Shown here: positions 61,743 through 64,000 of the stretch, one piece after another
Position numbering within the stretch: position 1 is the stretch's first letter
Layout: each line of letters opens with the position of its first letter
From: the human T2T-CHM13v2.0 reference genome, Homo sapiens
Direction: 5' to 3' (one strand)
DNA length: 64,000 nt
Assembly: GCF_009914755.1 (NCBI RefSeq)
Contig: NC_060930.1
Notes under the pieces: generated by a model
Databases searched by the model: none
Seen by the model: only the letters and a program-made list of their open reading frames with translations
What the model was told of the DNA's origin: nothing
Program-made: the position numbers and the translations under genes

Positions 61743-64000
61743 TTCCCCCCTTTTGAGACTCTCACTTTTTATTAGTGGGAGTTCTCACTCTTATTTTTGT
61801 TACTTATGTCTTTTTGTGCAATAGATTGATAGTGATTCATATAGTACACTTGTGCTGAAGCATTTTGGTGAACTAAGGTAGCGATGAAGCTTCTTATCAT
61901 TTGAAGAAGTACAGGTAGCAAACAAGGGAGCAGTAAGCAGGGTTTTAGTATTATTATAACTCCTATTTATAAGAGTTTTAAATTTTCCTAGTGCTGGGAA
62001 CTACCTTTTAAACACAGCTTCAGGGTTGAATCCGTGCTACACTTGCACGGGTACATGTGCCAGTTTTGTTATATCTTTAACTATGTCCTCAACTACTTGC
62101 CCCTGATCATCTATGTGTAGACAACAATTAGTAAGGTTAAATTTTCTACAGACTTTTCTTTCAGCTGCTACTAAGTAGTCAAGAGCTAGTCTATTTTGAT
62201 AGATAGCATTTCTCATCAGAGTTTCTTGCTGGGCAAGAACAGTCAAGGCTTGACCGGTTTTATTAGTAATAATTTCTAAAACAGCTTGCAACCATATGAT
62301 TCGGTTGAGCATGTAGATGGGGGTTCGAAATCCTCATGAGCCATCTTGTGCCTAAGTGGTGGGTCGGTAGTATTGTATGATTCTTTCAGGGGGCCATTCA
62401 TTATTTTTCTAATCACCTATGGCTATGCTTCGTTTTTCATGGGAAGCATAGACTGGGAAGCCTAGAAGTTCACCTGTTTTTATGGGCAGTAAGAAGAAAG
62501 ATGGCTTAATGGTGCCAATTACACAGCTCCCTGTCCACTGATCAGACAGCTTAGAATAAGCTCTGTGTCCACATATCCAGTATAACCTGGTGGGGGCTGT
62601 CCAGTCCTGGTGGAATTCTGGGTGGGCCTAAACAGTCTGCAACTTTGGAAATTTACTGAATGGATTTCTTTCTGTGTAATTGGAACTCCACCATGTAACT
62701 GTTTTTGTGGTACCATTATACAGCTTTTGCCCAAGACAACTAAGCCGCCCTATAGAATGAGTGAATTGTTTTCCTTCAATAGCTGTGCAATACTGTCTAA
62801 TAATTGAGACTTTTAGAACCTAAAAATTGTCAGGGTGGTTCTTTTGGGCTGGGAATTCATCAGGAACTGGGTCTGTGGGAACTAATTCTCGGGCTTCCTA
62901 TGGCCATTGATCTCCTGTTACGGTTCCTCCGCAAACATAACATGAGGTGACTTGTAGAGACTGGGCTACGTGTTCGGCTAATTGCAAAAACAAATTTTTA
63001 GTTTTTCCTGGAATCTCAGGTACTGGCACATTTAGTTTATCATAGAAAGTCTGAAATACTGGTTCTGGAGAGCGTCTTTGAACCTCTCCTTTTATTAGGA
63101 TGCTTATACTAGGATCTAGTCCTTTTCCATCAATGCCTAATGTTACATATCTTTTTTTTATTTTACTTTGGGTCTGAGGGGTTTGTGATTATCAATTCTA
63201 AAGGGTTGCAGCTCCTACTCGTGCAGGAGGGGCTGACTTTTCTTTTTTTTGGAGCCAAACAGGATATTTTTTATCTTCTTTCTAAGTAGCCTAAATGACA
63301 CAAGACTAGTATTGACACATCTCACATAAATATGATTTTTGACAGATGTACTTATTTTCTGCTGTGTAACTTTTTTTTCAATCTAGAGAACCGCATCCTA
63401 TCCCATGCTGTTTACTATTAATAGCGGCACAGGCGTCAAATTTTAAGGTTACATTTTTGGGGACCTTTCTTTCTTCTGTTCTAGCTATTACCTTACTTGT
63501 GTCACCTAGAAAAGGACCAGTCCTTAATTTTATTTTAAAAACTGTGAACATGGGAGGCTTAAAATGGGTCATAATACGCATCAGGTTGGTTATTCCCTGG
63601 GCTGCATACCTTGGATAGAATAGCATTATACAAACAAGTTTCTTTTAGAGTCCCGGTACACTTATAATAACCATAAAATAATAGGACTGTAGCAATCTTT
63701 TGTCCTACCTCAGTGACTTGATGTATATACTGGAAACAGTTATCAGTCTGAGGAAGGTCAGTGGAAGTCCTTACTGTTCAAGTCCAAATTTTAAGGAAAT
63801 TGGGTCCCGCGATGAATTTCCTCATGTTTCGGCCGTGCGTGGACCAGTCAGCTTCCAGGTGTGACTGGGGCGGGGCTTGTCGTCTTCTTCAGAGTCACTT
63901 TGCAGGGGTTGGCGAAGCTGCTCCTATCTACGTGCAACTCCCAGTCTACTGATGTTTAGGGGTGGTCTCGGTGGTTGGGCCTGCTAGAATAAACTGAGTC
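61743..64000 (-). pseudogene. Defective HERV-I-group env and adjacent internal sequence, running off the window
   Basis: ORF 62037-62312 has the immunosuppressive domain [10 protein letters not shown] and a CX6CC-like [10 protein letters not shown]; stop after VPVQV; SU fragments (63378-63626) are broken. Confidence 0.85.

Overview
Primate, almost certainly human, genomic DNA that is Alu-dense and has one CpG island. The only protein-coding gene supported by the sequence is MFSD4B (KIAA1919/NaGLT1/SLC60A2), a major facilitator superfamily transporter on the + strand. It has four coding exons (36797-36823, 39353-39521, 40926-41042, 42972-44215), which splice to 1557 nt, or 518 aa from the first in-frame ATG. 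The first ~8.4 kb looks like a long 3' UTR; from recalled 6q21 synteny it probably belongs to SLC16A10, but none of that gene's coding sequence is in the window. The rest is mostly transposable elements: about 50 Alus, L1 and L2 fragments, Tigger2, hAT-Charlie, MER5/MER58, MaLR, an ERVL gag remnant, a MER4-group solo LTR, a young LTR5_Hs solo LTR with a perfect 6-bp TSD, and the 3' LTR plus env of an HERV-I-group provirus. The most notable signal is the translation-initiation layout of MFSD4B. The in-frame ATG has weak context, lies inside predicted TM1, and is overlapped (TGATG) by the stop of an out-of-frame AUG uORF. In-frame CUG and GUG codons in strong context lie 54 and 50 codons upstream, which points to non-AUG initiation. 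Also of interest are a SEC62-like DFEMI LIR candidate and a DxxxLL motif in the C-terminal tail, and two apparent templated-insertion scars (22264-22900 and 47076-47124). No prokaryotic-type system is present. Repeat subfamily names come from recalled consensus sequences, and most repeat boundaries are approximate.
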